From NCBI GenBank assembly GCA_902535185.1, contig CACAST010000001.1:4667-68666 (forward strand): 64,000 bases of DNA, in the 5' to 3' direction. This document shows, piece after piece, positions 50,314 to 62,166 of this stretch. The notes beneath the pieces were generated by a model. The model saw only the letters and a list, made by a program, of their open reading frames with translations, had not been told where the DNA came from and made no database searches. Made by a program: the position numbers and the translations under genes. This DNA comes from an uncultured Prochlorococcus sp. (GTDB lineage: Bacteria; Cyanobacteriota; Cyanobacteriia; PCC-6307; Cyanobiaceae). The stretch's first letter is position 1. The number at the start of each line of letters is the position of its first letter.

Positions 50314-51987
50314 ATGAATAAACTCAGATCATCTGCAATAACCCAAGGTGTGCAAAGATCGCCTAACAGATCGATGTTAAGAGCTGTTGGATTTAATGAT
50401 GAAGATTTTAATAAACCTATTATTGGAGTTGCAAATGGATACAGCACCATCACACCATGCAATATGGGTTTAAATAAGTTAGCTCTAAAAGCTGAAGAGT
50501 CTATAAAAAGATCAGGTGGGATGCCTCAGATGTTTGGGACTATAACAGTAAGTGATGGGATTTCTATGGGAACAGAGGGCATGAAATATTCCCTAGTTTC
50601 AAGAGAAGTTATTGCTGATTCAATTGAAACAGCATGCAATGCTCAGAGTATGGATGGAGTACTTGCCATAGGTGGATGTGATAAAAATATGCCGGGTGCC
50701 ATGATTGCGATTGCAAGAATGAATATTCCCTCAATTTTCATTTATGGAGGGACAATAAAGCCTGGGAAATTGCATGGAGAAGATCTTACTGTTGTTAGTG
50801 CATTTGAAGCTGTTGGACAATTAACATCAGGCAAAATTAATGAAGAAAGGCTAATCCAAGTTGAGAAAAATTGTATTCCTGGTGCTGGTAGCTGTGGAGG
50901 AATGTTTACAGCTAATACAATGTCTGCGGTTATTGAAGTATTAGGGTTAAGTCTTCCTCACAGTTCCACTATGGCTGCTGAAGATCTTGAAAAAGAACTT
51001 AGTGCAGATAAAAGTGCTGAGATATTAGTCTCTGCAATAGAAAAAGATATAAGACCTCTAGACCTAATGACTAAGAAAGCATTTGAAAATGCAATATCAG
51101 TAATTATGGCAATTGGAGGATCAACAAATGCGGTATTGCACATCTTAGCTATCGCGAATACTGCAGGAATAGATATCAACATTAATGATTTTGAGAGAAT
51201 CAGACAAAAAGTACCCGTTATTTGTGACCTTAAACCGAGTGGTAAATATGTGACGGTGGATCTTCATAAGGCAGGTGGGATTCCACAAGTAATGAAAATA
51301 CTTTTGAATGCAGGGTTAATTCATGGCGATTGCAAAAACATTGAAGGAAAAACCATCTCAGAATACTTACAAAATATTCCAGATAAGCCTCCAACAAATC
51401 AAAATGTCATAAGAGACATAAATGACCCTCTTTATAAAAAAGGACATCTAGCGATATTAAAAGGTAACTTAGCGAGCGAAGGTTCTGTAGCCAAAATTAG
51501 CGGAGTAAAAAATCCTGTATTAACTGGTCCCGCAAAGATTTTTGAAAGTGAAGAGGATTGTTTAAAATCGATATTAAATAACGATATCAAAGCTGGTGAT
51601 GTTGTTGTTATTAGAAACGAAGGTCCTGTAGGAGGACCAGGTATGAGAGAGATGTTAGCTCCAACATCTGCAATTGTTGGTCAAGGGCTTGGAGAAAAGG
51701 TGGCTTTAATTACCGATGGCAGATTTAGCGGCGGTACCTATGGTCTTGTTGTGGGTCACATAGCTCCAGAGGCTGCTGTAGGAGGAAATATTGCTCTAAT
51801 AAAACAAGGTGATTTAATTACAGTAGATGCTGTAAAACAACTAATTGAAGTTGATTTATCTGACGAAGAATTAGAAAAAAGAAAAAAAGATTGGGTAAAA
51901 CCTATTCAAAAATACAAAAGAGGAATTCTTTCAAAATATTCGAGAATCGTAAGCACATCAAGTTTAGGGGCTGTTACTGATTTATAA
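50314..51987 (+). CDS. ilvD: Dihydroxy-acid dehydratase
   Basis: [34 protein letters not shown]. Confidence 0.99.
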   Translation: MNKLRSSAITQGVQRSPNRSMLRAVGFNDEDFNKPIIGVANGYSTITPCNMGLNKLALKAEESIKRSGGMPQMFGTITVSDGISMGTEGMKYSLVSREVIADSIETACNAQSMDGVLAIGGCDKNMPGAMIAIARMNIPSIFIYGGTIKPGKLHGEDLTVVSAFEAVGQLTSGKINEERLIQVEKNCIPGAGSCGGMFTANTMSAVIEVLGLSLPHSSTMAAEDLEKELSADKSAEILVSAIEKDIRPLDLMTKKAFENAISVIMAIGGSTNAVLHILAIANTAGIDININDFERIRQKVPVICDLKPSGKYVTVDLHKAGGIPQVMKILLNAGLIHGDCKNIEGKTISEYLQNIPDKPPTNQNVIRDINDPLYKKGHLAILKGNLASEGSVAKISGVKNPVLTGPAKIFESEEDCLKSILNNDIKAGDVVVIRNEGPVGGPGMREMLAPTSAIVGQGLGEKVALITDGRFSGGTYGLVVGHIAPEAAVGGNIALIKQGDLITVDAVKQLIEVDLSDEELEKRKKDWVKPIQKYKRGILSKYSRIVSTSSLGAVTDL

Positions 51988-52008
51988 ATCAGCTCAAATT
52001 TTTTTTTC

Positions 52009-52395
52009 TTAATCAATAAAACTTTTAATCCTATTTGCTAAATTTTCCAATCTAGCGCTGTATTTTGGTGAATTGCATTTTTTCCCGTTATTGCTATCCA
52101 TCCATAATGTTTTAACTCCACACCATAATATTGGTTCATCAGGGAAGTTAAGCTTAGAGATTACTAAAACCAACTCTTTATTTGATTTAAAAAGTTCTAA
52201 TTCAAGATCATAAATTTCTAATCTTTTACCTTCTTTATCTCTACATAAGATATTAACTGTTAAATCAATATCTTCATCTTCGAATTCGTATTCACCATTT
52301 ATTTTTACTACAGAATGAACAAAAGGTTTATTTGTTAAATCTGCTGACTTAGCGATTAAGCTCTCTATATTTTTAGGTGGATTTTCAAATAACAC
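52009..52395 (-). CDS. Hypothetical protein
   Basis: KPFVHSV, LELELF, PILW..LWMD pattern; in operon with CIA30 gene and pgl. Confidence 0.75.
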   Translation of the reverse strand: MLFENPPKNIESLIAKSADLTNKPFVHSVVKINGEYEFEDEDIDLTVNILCRDKEGKRLEIYDLELELFKSNKELVLVISKLNFPDEPILWCGVKTLWMDSNNGKKCNSPKYSARLENLANRIKSFID

Positions 52396-52933
52396 TTATT
52401 GATTTAATTAAAACTTTTATTGAACCCTGTTTAAACTCATTATTAAGTAATCCATCATCACCGAACTTAGAGTGTAGTAGTTGCAATCTTTTAATTTTAG
52501 ATGGCTTGAATTTAAATGGAAAACGTACTTTATTAGCTCTTACAGAAGGTTTTAACTCACTAAAAGGAATTTGAACATTTGTTGTCCCGAATTTTTTTGT
52601 TGGAAATGATTTAATCCATCTAAGTCCACCAGGAATAAATTCGGTTAGTCCTAGTAGATCATCTTCACAAGCGACAGCAAATTTAAAAGTTCTTCCTTGT
52701 CCATCAATATTTAATTCAAAGGATGAATACTCAGATACATTTAAAGAAGGTTTATATATAGAAGATCTACAACTAACAAATCCTCCAGCTTTCTCGACAA
52801 TATTACCCTTTAATATCAAACCCGAATTTGAAGTTTCACAAAAAGCTGAACTTGATCCGCCCATAACAGTATCATTTAATGTTTTCCAACCATCGAACTC
52901 CTTTTTCTGGAATAAAAATTTTTTCTTACTCAT
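52385..52933 (-). CDS. CIA30-family protein
   Basis: W..LNDTVMGGSS, GGFVSCR, SKF. Confidence 0.88.
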   Translation of the reverse strand: MSKKKFLFQKKEFDGWKTLNDTVMGGSSSAFCETSNSGLILKGNIVEKAGGFVSCRSSIYKPSLNVSEYSSFELNIDGQGRTFKFAVACEDDLLGLTEFIPGGLRWIKSFPTKKFGTTNVQIPFSELKPSVRANKVRFPFKFKPSKIKRLQLLHSKFGDDGLLNNEFKQGSIKVLIKSISVI

Positions 52934-52963
52934 TAAATAATTTAAATTATTAATAGACTTTAA

Positions 52964-53692
52964 CTAAATTTCTAATTCTTTTGCTGAATCCTGATCACAA
53001 AATATTGAAATTTGATTAATAGATTTTATTAATTTTGATGGTGTTCTATCTGGTAGCTCTTTTTCATCTAATAACCTCTCAAGAGCAATTCTTTTAGAAG
53101 CTCCACTAACTAAAAATACTATCTTTGAAGAAGCTGAAAGAACCTTTGGAGTTAATGAAATTCTTTTTAAACCTTTACCTTCATTAAAAATAACAAAATC
53201 ATCTAAATTATTATTTTTTTGATAAGGGAATAGTGAGGCTGTATGACCATCATCTCCAAGACCTAATAATGTTAAATCAAAAGTTGGAGGGTTTGATCCG
53301 CATTTTTCAAATAATTTAGAGATAAATTGATTTTTAGTAGTTTCATCATCAGCGTTTAAATCATTGAAAATTTCATAAAAATAAGCTTTAGATCCAAAAT
53401 TAGTTAGCAAAGAATTTCTCAACATTAACGAGTTACTTAATTCTGAATTTGGATCAACACATCTTTCATCTCCTAAAAAGACATCAACCATATCCCATTG
53501 AAGATCATTATTTGATAAGAGATGATACACAGATTTAGGAGTTGAACCTCCACTTACACAAAATTTGAATCTATCTTTCTTTTTTAAAGTATGAATAATA
53601 TGGCTTTGAATAAACTTAAAAACCGCTGTTGATAGTTCTAACTTGTCTTTGTAAATATTTAAGGTGTATCCATTTTTGACCTTTTCAATCAT
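52964..53692 (-). CDS. pgl: 6-phosphogluconolactonase
   Basis: SGGSTP, GDERCV, LGLGDDGHTASLFP, RISLT. Confidence 0.96.
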   Translation of the reverse strand: MIEKVKNGYTLNIYKDKLELSTAVFKFIQSHIIHTLKKKDRFKFCVSGGSTPKSVYHLLSNNDLQWDMVDVFLGDERCVDPNSELSNSLMLRNSLLTNFGSKAYFYEIFNDLNADDETTKNQFISKLFEKCGSNPPTFDLTLLGLGDDGHTASLFPYQKNNNLDDFVIFNEGKGLKRISLTPKVLSASSKIVFLVSGASKRIALERLLDEKELPDRTPSKLIKSINQISIFCDQDSAKELEI

Positions 53693-55107
53693 TTCATCCA
53701 TTCAGTATGAAAACTACCTTCCCTATCAATTCTTTCATATGTATGAGAGCCAAAACAGTCTCTCATTGCCTGCACAAGATTCTGAGGAAGTCTATTGGTT
53801 CTATAACTATTCAAATAATCTAAAGTACTGGATAAACATGGGACTGGTATACCTGCCTTTGTGGATAGAGAAACTACCTTAGCTAAATTATCTAATCTTG
53901 TCGCAATTTCATTATTAAACCAATCATCAAAAATTAAATTTTTTAGATCAGGATCTTTGTTATAAGCATCTTGAATTTTACTTAATAATTTTGATCTAAT
54001 TATGCAACCACCTTTCCATATTTGTGCAATTGACGGCATATTCAAACCATAGTTATATACTGCAGATGCTTCTCTTAAAATATCCATACCTTGGGCATAG
54101 CTAGCAATTGTGGCAAGGACTACAGCATCAAATAAAGGTTTCATTCCATCCGATACATTTCCTAAATCAAAATCCTCTATCTCTTTAGATGGAATAGTTT
54201 TTTCAATCTCACTACGTTGCTCTTTTAAAGAACTCATTACTCTTGCATTTAAAGATGCGTAAATAGTTGGGACTGATACCCCCAGTTCTAGAGCACTCAC
54301 AACAGTCCATAAACCTGTACCTTTCTGGCCAGCTTTATCTAATATTTTTTCCACGACATCATCTCCAGTTATATCATCTTTTGTATTTAGACAAATCTCT
54401 GTTATCTCAACAAGATAAGAAGCTAATTCATCAGTATTATTCCAAATACCAAATACCTCTGACATCTGCTCTCCATTCATACCTTTGACTCTCTTCATAA
54501 GGTCATAAGCTTCTGCAAGTATTTGTTCAATTCCATATTCAATTCCGTTATGAACAGTTTTTACAAAATGACCTGAACCTCCTGGGCCAACATATGCAAC
54601 ACATGGTCCGTCCTCAACTTTGGCAGCCATTTTTGTTAGTAAGCTCTCTATTGCATCATATGAAGCCTTAGTACCACCGGGCATCATGCTTGGACCCTCT
54701 AGAGCTCCTTTGGCACCACCAGAGACTCCCATTCCGATGTATCCAAAACTTTTACTTTCAAGAGTATTCACCCTTCTTTCTGTATCTTTAAATTGAGAGT
54801 TACCGCCATCTATTAATAAATCTCCTTCCTCGAGATATCCAGAAATATTATCAATGACAGCATCTGTTGCTGGCCCAGCTTTAACCATCATAAGAATTCT
54901 TCTAGGTCTCTCTAACTTATTAACAAATTCCTGAAGAGTTTCAGCTCCTTCTATATTCTTCCCAAGGCCTCGACCCTGTAAGAATTCTTCGGTTTTTGAG
55001 TAAGTTCTATTAAAAACTACACTAGAAAATCCATTTCTCTCTGCGTTAAGAACTAAATTTTCGCCCATAACACCAAGACCTACTAAACCAAAATGTGCCT
55101 TGGACAT
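53689..55107 (-). CDS. gnd: 6-phosphogluconate dehydrogenase (NADP+)
   Basis: GLGVMG, MVKAG, HNGIEY, QKGTG, RDCFGSHTY. Confidence 0.99.
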   Translation of the reverse strand: MSKAHFGLVGLGVMGENLVLNAERNGFSSVVFNRTYSKTEEFLQGRGLGKNIEGAETLQEFVNKLERPRRILMMVKAGPATDAVIDNISGYLEEGDLLIDGGNSQFKDTERRVNTLESKSFGYIGMGVSGGAKGALEGPSMMPGGTKASYDAIESLLTKMAAKVEDGPCVAYVGPGGSGHFVKTVHNGIEYGIEQILAEAYDLMKRVKGMNGEQMSEVFGIWNNTDELASYLVEITEICLNTKDDITGDDVVEKILDKAGQKGTGLWTVVSALELGVSVPTIYASLNARVMSSLKEQRSEIEKTIPSKEIEDFDLGNVSDGMKPLFDAVVLATIASYAQGMDILREASAVYNYGLNMPSIAQIWKGGCIIRSKLLSKIQDAYNKDPDLKNLIFDDWFNNEIATRLDNLAKVVSLSTKAGIPVPCLSSTLDYLNSYRTNRLPQNLVQAMRDCFGSHTYERIDREGSFHTEWMK

Positions 55108-55202
55108 AAAAAATTAAAAAACTCAATAAATATAGTGTGCATGCAACTAAACAAAATTGCTCAAAAAAAATACTTATGTCAGCGAAAAATGATCGAAAAA
55201 AT

Positions 55203-56498
55203 TTAAATAATAGTTCCGTTTGCAATAGTTGCATTTTTAACAACTACAACAATTCCATTTCTTATGTAGAAGCCTAATTCTGGCTTATCTGCTTCTTCTA
55301 CTCGATCTTTATTAATTATCACAACATTATCACCAATCCTTGTATTCTTATCGAGAATTGCTCTTTTTACAGTAGTTCCTTCACCTACTCCAAGAGGTGT
55401 GCCGCCTCCTTTTCTTAATTCAATCCTCTCTTCAGGCGATTCAAAGAAATCGGCACCCATAACGAGAGTGTCCTCAAGAACTGAATCACTTTCAATCCTG
55501 CTTCTTACACCTAAAACACAATGCAAAATACTGCATGACTTCAAGATTGTACCCTCACAGACTATTGAATCAGTAATTTGAGCATCTACTAGTTTAGAAG
55601 GGGGTAGAAATCTTGGTCTTGTATAAATTGGAAATTTTTCATCATAAAAACTAAATGGAGGTTTTGGTTGCTCAGTCAAGGCAAGATTTGACTCAAAGAA
55701 TGCCCCAATGGTGCCGATATCTTCCCAATAATCATCGAATACATAACTTTTAAGAGTATCTCCCCTATTGAGGGCTTCAGGAATTATGTCCTTACCAAAA
55801 TCCGTATAACTAGGAAATTTATTTAAAAGATCGAAAAGAGTATTTCTGCTAAAAACGTAAATACCCATAGAGGCTAGATAAGGTTTTTCGGCAGCCGACT
55901 CCTCACTTAATCCAAATTTTGAAGTATCTACTGCCATTGCCTTCAACTTCTCACCAGTGGGCTTTTCACTGAATTCTTTTATATTTCCTACATCATCTGT
56001 TCTCATGAGGCCAAAACCTTCTGCTTGAGCTTCATCAACTGGCAAAGCTGCAACGGTTAAATCAGCGCCATTATCTCTATGATGTTGAACAAATAAACTG
56101 TAGTCCATTCTGTACAGTTGATCTCCTGACAATATTAAATATTCATCAACATCCCATTCTTGAAATAACCATTGGTATTTTCTTACAGCATCAGCAGTAC
56201 CTTCAAACCACGTAGGACTATCAGGAGTCTGTTGAGCGGCTAAAACTTCAACAAATCCTTGACCAAAAGGGCCATTTAAATTATAGGTTCTTCCTATATG
56301 TCTATTTAGAGATGCACTATTGAACTGAGTCAATACGTACATTTTTTCAATGCCTGAATTTATACAATTACTAATTGGGATATCTATTAAACGATACTTA
56401 CCTGCCAACGGCACAGCAGGTTTGGCCCTCATTTTTGTTAGAGGGTAAAGTCTAGAACCTTTTCCTCCTCCGAGGATTATGGCCAACACACGCTTCAT
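55203..56498 (-). CDS. glgC: ADP-glucose pyrophosphorylase
   Basis: [35 protein letters not shown]. Confidence 0.99.
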   Translation of the reverse strand: MKRVLAIILGGGKGSRLYPLTKMRAKPAVPLAGKYRLIDIPISNCINSGIEKMYVLTQFNSASLNRHIGRTYNLNGPFGQGFVEVLAAQQTPDSPTWFEGTADAVRKYQWLFQEWDVDEYLILSGDQLYRMDYSLFVQHHRDNGADLTVAALPVDEAQAEGFGLMRTDDVGNIKEFSEKPTGEKLKAMAVDTSKFGLSEESAAEKPYLASMGIYVFSRNTLFDLLNKFPSYTDFGKDIIPEALNRGDTLKSYVFDDYWEDIGTIGAFFESNLALTEQPKPPFSFYDEKFPIYTRPRFLPPSKLVDAQITDSIVCEGTILKSCSILHCVLGVRSRIESDSVLEDTLVMGADFFESPEERIELRKGGGTPLGVGEGTTVKRAILDKNTRIGDNVVIINKDRVEEADKPELGFYIRNGIVVVVKNATIANGTII

Positions 56499-56627
56499 TC
56501 AATCTAGTAGAGGTAGATATACAACTATTTAAAGTAACTGATTATGGGCATATTTAGAAATGCCAATGGTCAGTTTACGAAGGTATTTCGATAAATCACT
56601 AGAAAAACTTAATATAAATGAGAAAAA

Positions 56628-57938
56628 TTAGTTATTTTTATCCTCTTCTACCAAAGAAAATAATTTTTCAACAATTTTCAAAGAAACTTGTCTTTCTTCT
56701 CTTGATTGAGGACTTCTCAACTTGGTAACAGGCGTGTGAAGTATTTTATTAATAATTCCTTTAGTAAGCGCTTCCACAACTTTTCTTTCTCTAGCCGAAA
56801 AATCTGGTCCCATCCTACTAAGTGCTTTTTGCAATTCCTCTTTTCTAATTAACTCCAAATCTGATCTAAGTTTATTAATTACTGGAACCGCCTCTAGACT
56901 TGCCCACCATTCTAGAAAAATGATCCTTTCCTCTTCTACTAAAGATTCCGCTTCCTTTGCTATTTTCTGTCTAAATTCCTGATTTCTAGAGACGACCTCT
57001 TGTAAGTCATCAACATCAAATGATTTAACAAATTTATGATGTTTGACATCATTAGATATATTTCTCGGTACACCAATATCAATAAATTTAAGTCTATTAC
57101 TCAAATTTAATTTTTCAATTTTTGCGAGATCAATAATTGGCTCTTCAGAAGCAGTACTGGTGAAAACAATGGAAGATAGTGATATCTTTTCTTCTAATTC
57201 GTTTAACCCTCTACAAACAATCTCTAAATCAGGGAAGTCTAGAGCAAGATTTAAGGCTCTATCAATATTTCTATTTAAAAGGGTGAGTTTATGACATCCT
57301 TTTGATTTTAAATGAGTTATTAAAAGCCTACTCATTCGTCCAGCGCCAACAACAAGAACGTTCTCTGATTCCAAACTTACAAGAGTATCAAAACCCTTTT
57401 CTTGTCCAATTTTTAATTGAGCTAGTTCTACCGCTGCTGAACTGATTGATACAGCTCCAGTTCCTAAATTTGTTTCGGACCTTACTTTTTTACCTGTACT
57501 AACTGATTGAGTTAATAATCTATTGAGAATTGGTCCAGTAGATTGATTCTCTTGACCTAATCTCATCATTTTTTTTACCTGCGAAAGGATTTGTCCTTCC
57601 CCTAAAACAAGGCTATCGAGTCCTGCTGAGACTTTCATCAAATGCAAAACTGCTTCTTCCTGTCTAAAGCAAAAAAGATGTGGATTTAAATCTTCAAAAA
57701 TAATTCCAGAATATTCTGAAATGAATTCTTTAATAGATGAAATTCCAGTATTTTTATCCTTTACCAGCGCATATATTTCCAGCCTATTACAAGTACTTAA
57801 AATTGACACCTCTAATACATCAGAGAAAGCTTTTAATGCTTTTAATGACTCTGTTATGGATTGGTCAGGAATACTTAACTTCTCACGCACTTCGACAGGT
57901 GCCGTGCGATGACTCAGTCCGACGACAACAATATGCAT
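56628..57938 (-). CDS. hemA: Glutamyl-tRNA reductase
   Basis: STCNRLE, GLDSLVLGEGQI, GAGRM, DIGVPRN. Confidence 0.99.
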   Translation of the reverse strand: MHIVVVGLSHRTAPVEVREKLSIPDQSITESLKALKAFSDVLEVSILSTCNRLEIYALVKDKNTGISSIKEFISEYSGIIFEDLNPHLFCFRQEEAVLHLMKVSAGLDSLVLGEGQILSQVKKMMRLGQENQSTGPILNRLLTQSVSTGKKVRSETNLGTGAVSISSAAVELAQLKIGQEKGFDTLVSLESENVLVVGAGRMSRLLITHLKSKGCHKLTLLNRNIDRALNLALDFPDLEIVCRGLNELEEKISLSSIVFTSTASEEPIIDLAKIEKLNLSNRLKFIDIGVPRNISNDVKHHKFVKSFDVDDLQEVVSRNQEFRQKIAKEAESLVEEERIIFLEWWASLEAVPVINKLRSDLELIRKEELQKALSRMGPDFSARERKVVEALTKGIINKILHTPVTKLRSPQSREERQVSLKIVEKLFSLVEEDKNN

Positions 57939-57956
57939 AAAATCAAAAGTGAGTTT

Positions 57957-58958
57957 TTAAAGGCTGATACTCTTAGCACCATCTTTTATATGGACAGTAT
58001 TTGTGAACCTTGCAGTACTATCTAATGTACTAATAACTAGACTACTTGTTCTAACACAATCCCTTTCAAATTTAACTCCGTCAAATAATAATCCATCAGT
58101 TATTCCACTTCCAGCGAAAACAACATTTTCTCCCGATGCCAATTCATTTGCTTCATAGATTTTATCTATATCTGTTATGCCCATTTCATTAAGACGTTTT
58201 ATATTTCCTTCTTTTGTGTAATCAGCCCATTCAGAAGTTTGAGCGATTGCTGGATCATAAACTAGTTGTCCTTGAAAGTGTCCGCCGAGAGCTCTCATTG
58301 CAGCAGCTGAAATAACACCCTCAGGAGCTGCACCTATACCCATCAAGCAATGTGTTCCAGTTCCTGCAAAACCGCATGCAATCGCAGCTTGAACATCACC
58401 ATCAGAAATCGGTTGTACTTTTGCACCACATCCTCGAATCTCTTTAATTAAATCTTTATGTCTAGCTCTATCCATAACAACTACAGTAAGCTCATCAATA
58501 GAAAGGCCCAAGCAATCACTTAGTATCTTCAAGTTTTCAGTAGCTGAATTTCTAATATCTACTTTACCTTTGGCCGCAGGAGGCGCTGCTAATTTGTTCA
58601 TGTAAAAATCAGGAGCATTGAAAAGACCACCAGTATCAGAGGCAGCTAAAACAGCCATAGATCCTCTTTGATTATTCGCACAAAGATTTGTTCCTTCACA
58701 AGGATCTACTGCAAAGTCTACCCCTGGGCCACTTCCACTACCAACCTCTTCACCTATATAAAGCATAGGTGCTTCATCTCTTTCACCTTCTCCAATAACA
58801 ATTTTCCCTTTCATTTCAATTTTGCCCATTCGCAATCTCATTGCTTCCACAGCTGCAGCGTCAGCTTCATCTTTTTGACCAAGTCCTGTTAGTTTTGCTG
58901 AGGCAATAGCAGCTTGCTCGACAACTTCGAGAATTTCTTGAATTAAAGTTTGATTCAC
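57957..58958 (-). CDS. glpX: Class II fructose-1,6-/sedoheptulose-1,7-bisphosphatase
   Basis: [27 protein letters not shown]. Confidence 0.98.
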   Translation of the reverse strand: MNQTLIQEILEVVEQAAIASAKLTGLGQKDEADAAAVEAMRLRMGKIEMKGKIVIGEGERDEAPMLYIGEEVGSGSGPGVDFAVDPCEGTNLCANNQRGSMAVLAASDTGGLFNAPDFYMNKLAAPPAAKGKVDIRNSATENLKILSDCLGLSIDELTVVVMDRARHKDLIKEIRGCGAKVQPISDGDVQAAIACGFAGTGTHCLMGIGAAPEGVISAAAMRALGGHFQGQLVYDPAIAQTSEWADYTKEGNIKRLNEMGITDIDKIYEANELASGENVVFAGSGITDGLLFDGVKFERDCVRTSSLVISTLDSTARFTNTVHIKDGAKSISL

Positions 58959-58998
58959 AATTAAATTTTGAGGATTTTCTAGAATGTTTTGAGTATGA

Positions 58999-59027
58999 TC
59001 TCATAAAAAATGGCATTTTTTATGAGA
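58999..59027. repeat. Perfect 14-bp inverted repeat in the glpX/rpe divergent region
   Basis: TCTCATAAAAAATG-G-CATTTTTTATGAGA. Confidence 0.85.
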
Positions 59028-59145
59028 ATTATTATGCTATTAAGCTTTTTTTAACTCTTTACAGCTGTTACTTTATCAGGCCGTGACTTGAAATTAGGAA
59101 TAAACAACTAAATATAGTATCTTTATTAAATATTTTAAAAATTAA

Positions 59146-59901
59146 ATGACTGAGTCAAATCAAGCAAATTTAACTGGTGCTAATAGACCAATTCAAATAA
59201 TTCCTTCAGTTTTACCAGCAGATTGGGCAAATATGGGGGCATGTGTTAAAGAGCTCGAGGAGGCTGGAGTAGATAGAATTCAATTTGATGTAATGGATGG
59301 AAATTTCGTACCAAATCTTACATTTGGTCCTGAAATGATTGCTGCATGCCGGAAATATTGCAATGTCCCTTTTGAAACCCAATTAATGGTGAGCCAATAT
59401 AACTGTGAAACCATGCTTGAATCTTATGTAAAAGCTACAAAAGGGGCGAATGGCGAACCAGGAGTAGTAATTGCTCATGCCGAAGCAAATATTCATTTGC
59501 ATAGAGTTCTTGGAAGGATAAGAGATTTAGGAGGATCTCCTTCTGTTGCATTAAACCCTCATACTCCTTTTGAAATGATTAAAAACATAATGGATATGGT
59601 TGATCATGTTTTGGTTATGACAGTTAATCCAGGTTTTGGAGGTCAAGCTTATATTCCAACAATGCTTAATAAAATTAGAGAAATAAGAAACTTTATTATC
59701 GAAAAAAACTTAGATGTCGATATTGAAGTTGATGGGGGGATAAAAGCGAATTGGACTATTTCACAATGTGCCGATGCTGGTGCCAATTGTTTTATCGCTG
59801 GTAGTGGAATGTTTGCTTACCCAACATTAAAAGAGGGATGTGATGACTTGAGAAAAGTTGCACAAGAAGCACAAAAGGGGAATGTTCTTTCAGAGCCTTA
59901 A
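59146..59901 (+). CDS. rpe: Ribulose-phosphate 3-epimerase
   Basis: PSVL.AD, DVMDGNFVPNLTFG, MTVNPGFGGQ, VDGG. Confidence 0.97.
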   Translation: MTESNQANLTGANRPIQIIPSVLPADWANMGACVKELEEAGVDRIQFDVMDGNFVPNLTFGPEMIAACRKYCNVPFETQLMVSQYNCETMLESYVKATKGANGEPGVVIAHAEANIHLHRVLGRIRDLGGSPSVALNPHTPFEMIKNIMDMVDHVLVMTVNPGFGGQAYIPTMLNKIREIRNFIIEKNLDVDIEVDGGIKANWTISQCADAGANCFIAGSGMFAYPTLKEGCDDLRKVAQEAQKGNVLSEP

Positions 59902-59925
59902 TCAATAAGATAGGTGATTTCTTAA

Positions 59926-60855
59926 TCACCCAAATATCCATCCATAACTGTGTAACCCTATGCCTAAAAAATTTACTCCTAAATAACAAACTAAAACAAC
60001 TAAAAAGCCTGTAGATGCCAATAATGCTGGTTTGCGTCCTTGCCAACCCTTGCTTATTCTCATATGCAGGTAAGCGGCATAAAACAACCATGAGATAAAT
60101 GCCCATGTTTCTTTTGGGTCCCAACTCCACCATGTACCCCAGGCCTCATTAGCCCAAACTGCACCTGAAATTAAACCGAGAGTCAAAAAAACAAAACCTA
60201 CTAATATAGAACGATAACTTAATGTATCTAATTCTTCTGAATGAGAAAATTCAATAGGTTCAACTAAATCATTTACAGGATAACTATTTGAAAGTTTAAA
60301 TCCTCCTATACCTGTAGAACTACTTCTGATTTGAAGCGGATTATTTTTATTAATAAACAAAACGGACATTGAAAGCAAAGAACCTATTATTAACGCGGCA
60401 TAACTAAGCATCACGACACTAACATGCATTACTAACCAACTAGACCTTAAAGCTGGAACTAAGTTGGATGATAATTTCAAATCCTCGGGTAAAACAAAAC
60501 AAGCAAAAGCCACAGTCAGTAACTCAATAGGTATAGCAATTGAAGGAATTATTGGAGCTTGGTATTCTCTTTCAATCAATAGTTGACCTAATGTGATCCC
60601 CCAAGTAAGAAAATAAAGAGATTCATACAAATTGCTAATAGGAAAATGCCCAGAAATTGACCACCTAAAAAGTAATTGTAATGTTATTAATAAGTTAACT
60701 AAAATCGTAATAAGTCTTACAGCAGAAGAAGACTTTTTTTTAAAAACTGCACCCAAAGAAATTGGTAAGTTAATTAATAAAAAATAAAAAACTAAAAGAC
60801 CTAAAACTGAAACCGGTTCATATATTAAATTTTTAAAAAAATTATCTAGTATCAT
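59926..60855 (-). CDS. ccsA: Cytochrome c biogenesis protein (system II)
   Basis: WWD domain [24 protein letters not shown]. Confidence 0.96.
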   Translation of the reverse strand: MILDNFFKNLIYEPVSVLGLLVFYFLLINLPISLGAVFKKKSSSAVRLITILVNLLITLQLLFRWSISGHFPISNLYESLYFLTWGITLGQLLIEREYQAPIIPSIAIPIELLTVAFACFVLPEDLKLSSNLVPALRSSWLVMHVSVVMLSYAALIIGSLLSMSVLFINKNNPLQIRSSSTGIGGFKLSNSYPVNDLVEPIEFSHSEELDTLSYRSILVGFVFLTLGLISGAVWANEAWGTWWSWDPKETWAFISWLFYAAYLHMRISKGWQGRKPALLASTGFLVVLVCYLGVNFLGIGLHSYGWIFG

Positions 60856-60969
60856 ATCTAGAAATTTCTCGAGTTTTAATATTCAATGACATTCAAATAA
60901 TAATTTAAATCATTCTTATATGAGTAAATCTTTAATAATAAATTTTTAATTTATTTTTAAAAAAGCATT

Positions 60970-61704
60970 TCAAAGTTTGAAATTATCTCCTAGATAATAC
61001 TTCTTAACTATTGGATTATCAGCCAATTCACTTGACGAACCGTTAGCTAAAATTTTTCCTTCACTTAATACATATGATTTGTTAGTAATTAAAAGGGTTT
61101 CCCTCACATTATGGTCTGTAATGAGAATCCCCACCCCATTACTACTTAATTTAAGAATTAGTTTCTTTAGATCATTAACAGCTAGAGGATCGATCCCAGC
61201 AAAAGGTTCGTCTAATAATAAATATTTAGGTCCTTTTCTACCTACAGTTAGGGCCCTAGCTATCTCACACCTCCTCCTTTCTCCTCCTGAAAGTTGATAA
61301 CCATAATTATCTACAAAGTTATTCAAATTAAATTCATTAATTAATTGTTCTCTTCTATTTCTTATCGCTGCTCTACTATAAGATGAATTTTGTAAAGCCA
61401 AATCAATATTATCCTTAACAGTGAGGTCTCTAAATATACTCGCTTCCTGAGTTAAGTACCCTAACCCAAGTCTTGATCTGATTGGTAGAGGAAGATTGGT
61501 TATATTTTTCCCATTCATTAAAATTACACCTTTATCTGGTTTTATGTTCCCAACTGCAAGATTAAAAGTTGTAGTTTTCCCAGCACCATTAGGCCCCATC
61601 AAACCTACAACTTCCCCTGGATTAACAGTTATGGAAACATCATTTACGATTAATCTTCCCTTAATTGAAAGAGATACATTATGAATCTTTAGGTTCATTT
61701 TCAT
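60970..61704 (-). CDS. lptB: LPS export ABC ATPase
   Basis: GPNGAGKTTTF, YLTQEASIF, LSGGERRR.EIAR, DEPFAGIDP, TDHNVRE. Confidence 0.93.
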   Translation of the reverse strand: MKMNLKIHNVSLSIKGRLIVNDVSITVNPGEVVGLMGPNGAGKTTTFNLAVGNIKPDKGVILMNGKNITNLPLPIRSRLGLGYLTQEASIFRDLTVKDNIDLALQNSSYSRAAIRNRREQLINEFNLNNFVDNYGYQLSGGERRRCEIARALTVGRKGPKYLLLDEPFAGIDPLAVNDLKKLILKLSSNGVGILITDHNVRETLLITNKSYVLSEGKILANGSSSELADNPIVKKYYLGDNFKL

Positions 61705-61786
61705 TGAGATCGATTAGTTTTCTTGTTTTAATAAAAAGAAATAGGATATGGTAATTTAATTGACAATAAAGATATATTCATATTTA

Positions 61787-62155
61787 TCAAAGAGGTTTCA
61801 AAAAAGGCTTATCGTTCTCACTTAATAGCTCTTTATATTGTAATTTCCTCAATAAATCTTCTAAACATTGGCAGAATGATTCAAGGTCAATTCCTAAATT
61901 AATATTAGTCCTAGTTTTTATTCTACCTAAACCCTCTCCAAGCAAAATAGTAGCTCCATTTAAATTACCCTTACTTAAGTGAAACTGAGAAACAGATACT
62001 TGTAAAATTCCCTGGATAATTTGTCTTTCGTCACCATCAACGAAATTCCATATTTCTTCAAAAGCATCATGAGCCTCATACCATTCATGATTATTAAAAA
62101 GAGTTAAAGCAGTAAAAAGGGAATCTTTAAAACTTTTTGTACTTTCTACATTCAT
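61787..62155 (-). CDS. DUF309 protein
   Basis: LFN..WYEAHDAFEEIW, QGILQ. Confidence 0.9.
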   Translation of the reverse strand: MNVESTKSFKDSLFTALTLFNNHEWYEAHDAFEEIWNFVDGDERQIIQGILQVSVSQFHLSKGNLNGATILLGEGLGRIKTRTNINLGIDLESFCQCLEDLLRKLQYKELLSENDKPFLKPL

Positions 62156-62166
62156 TAAACTAATTA

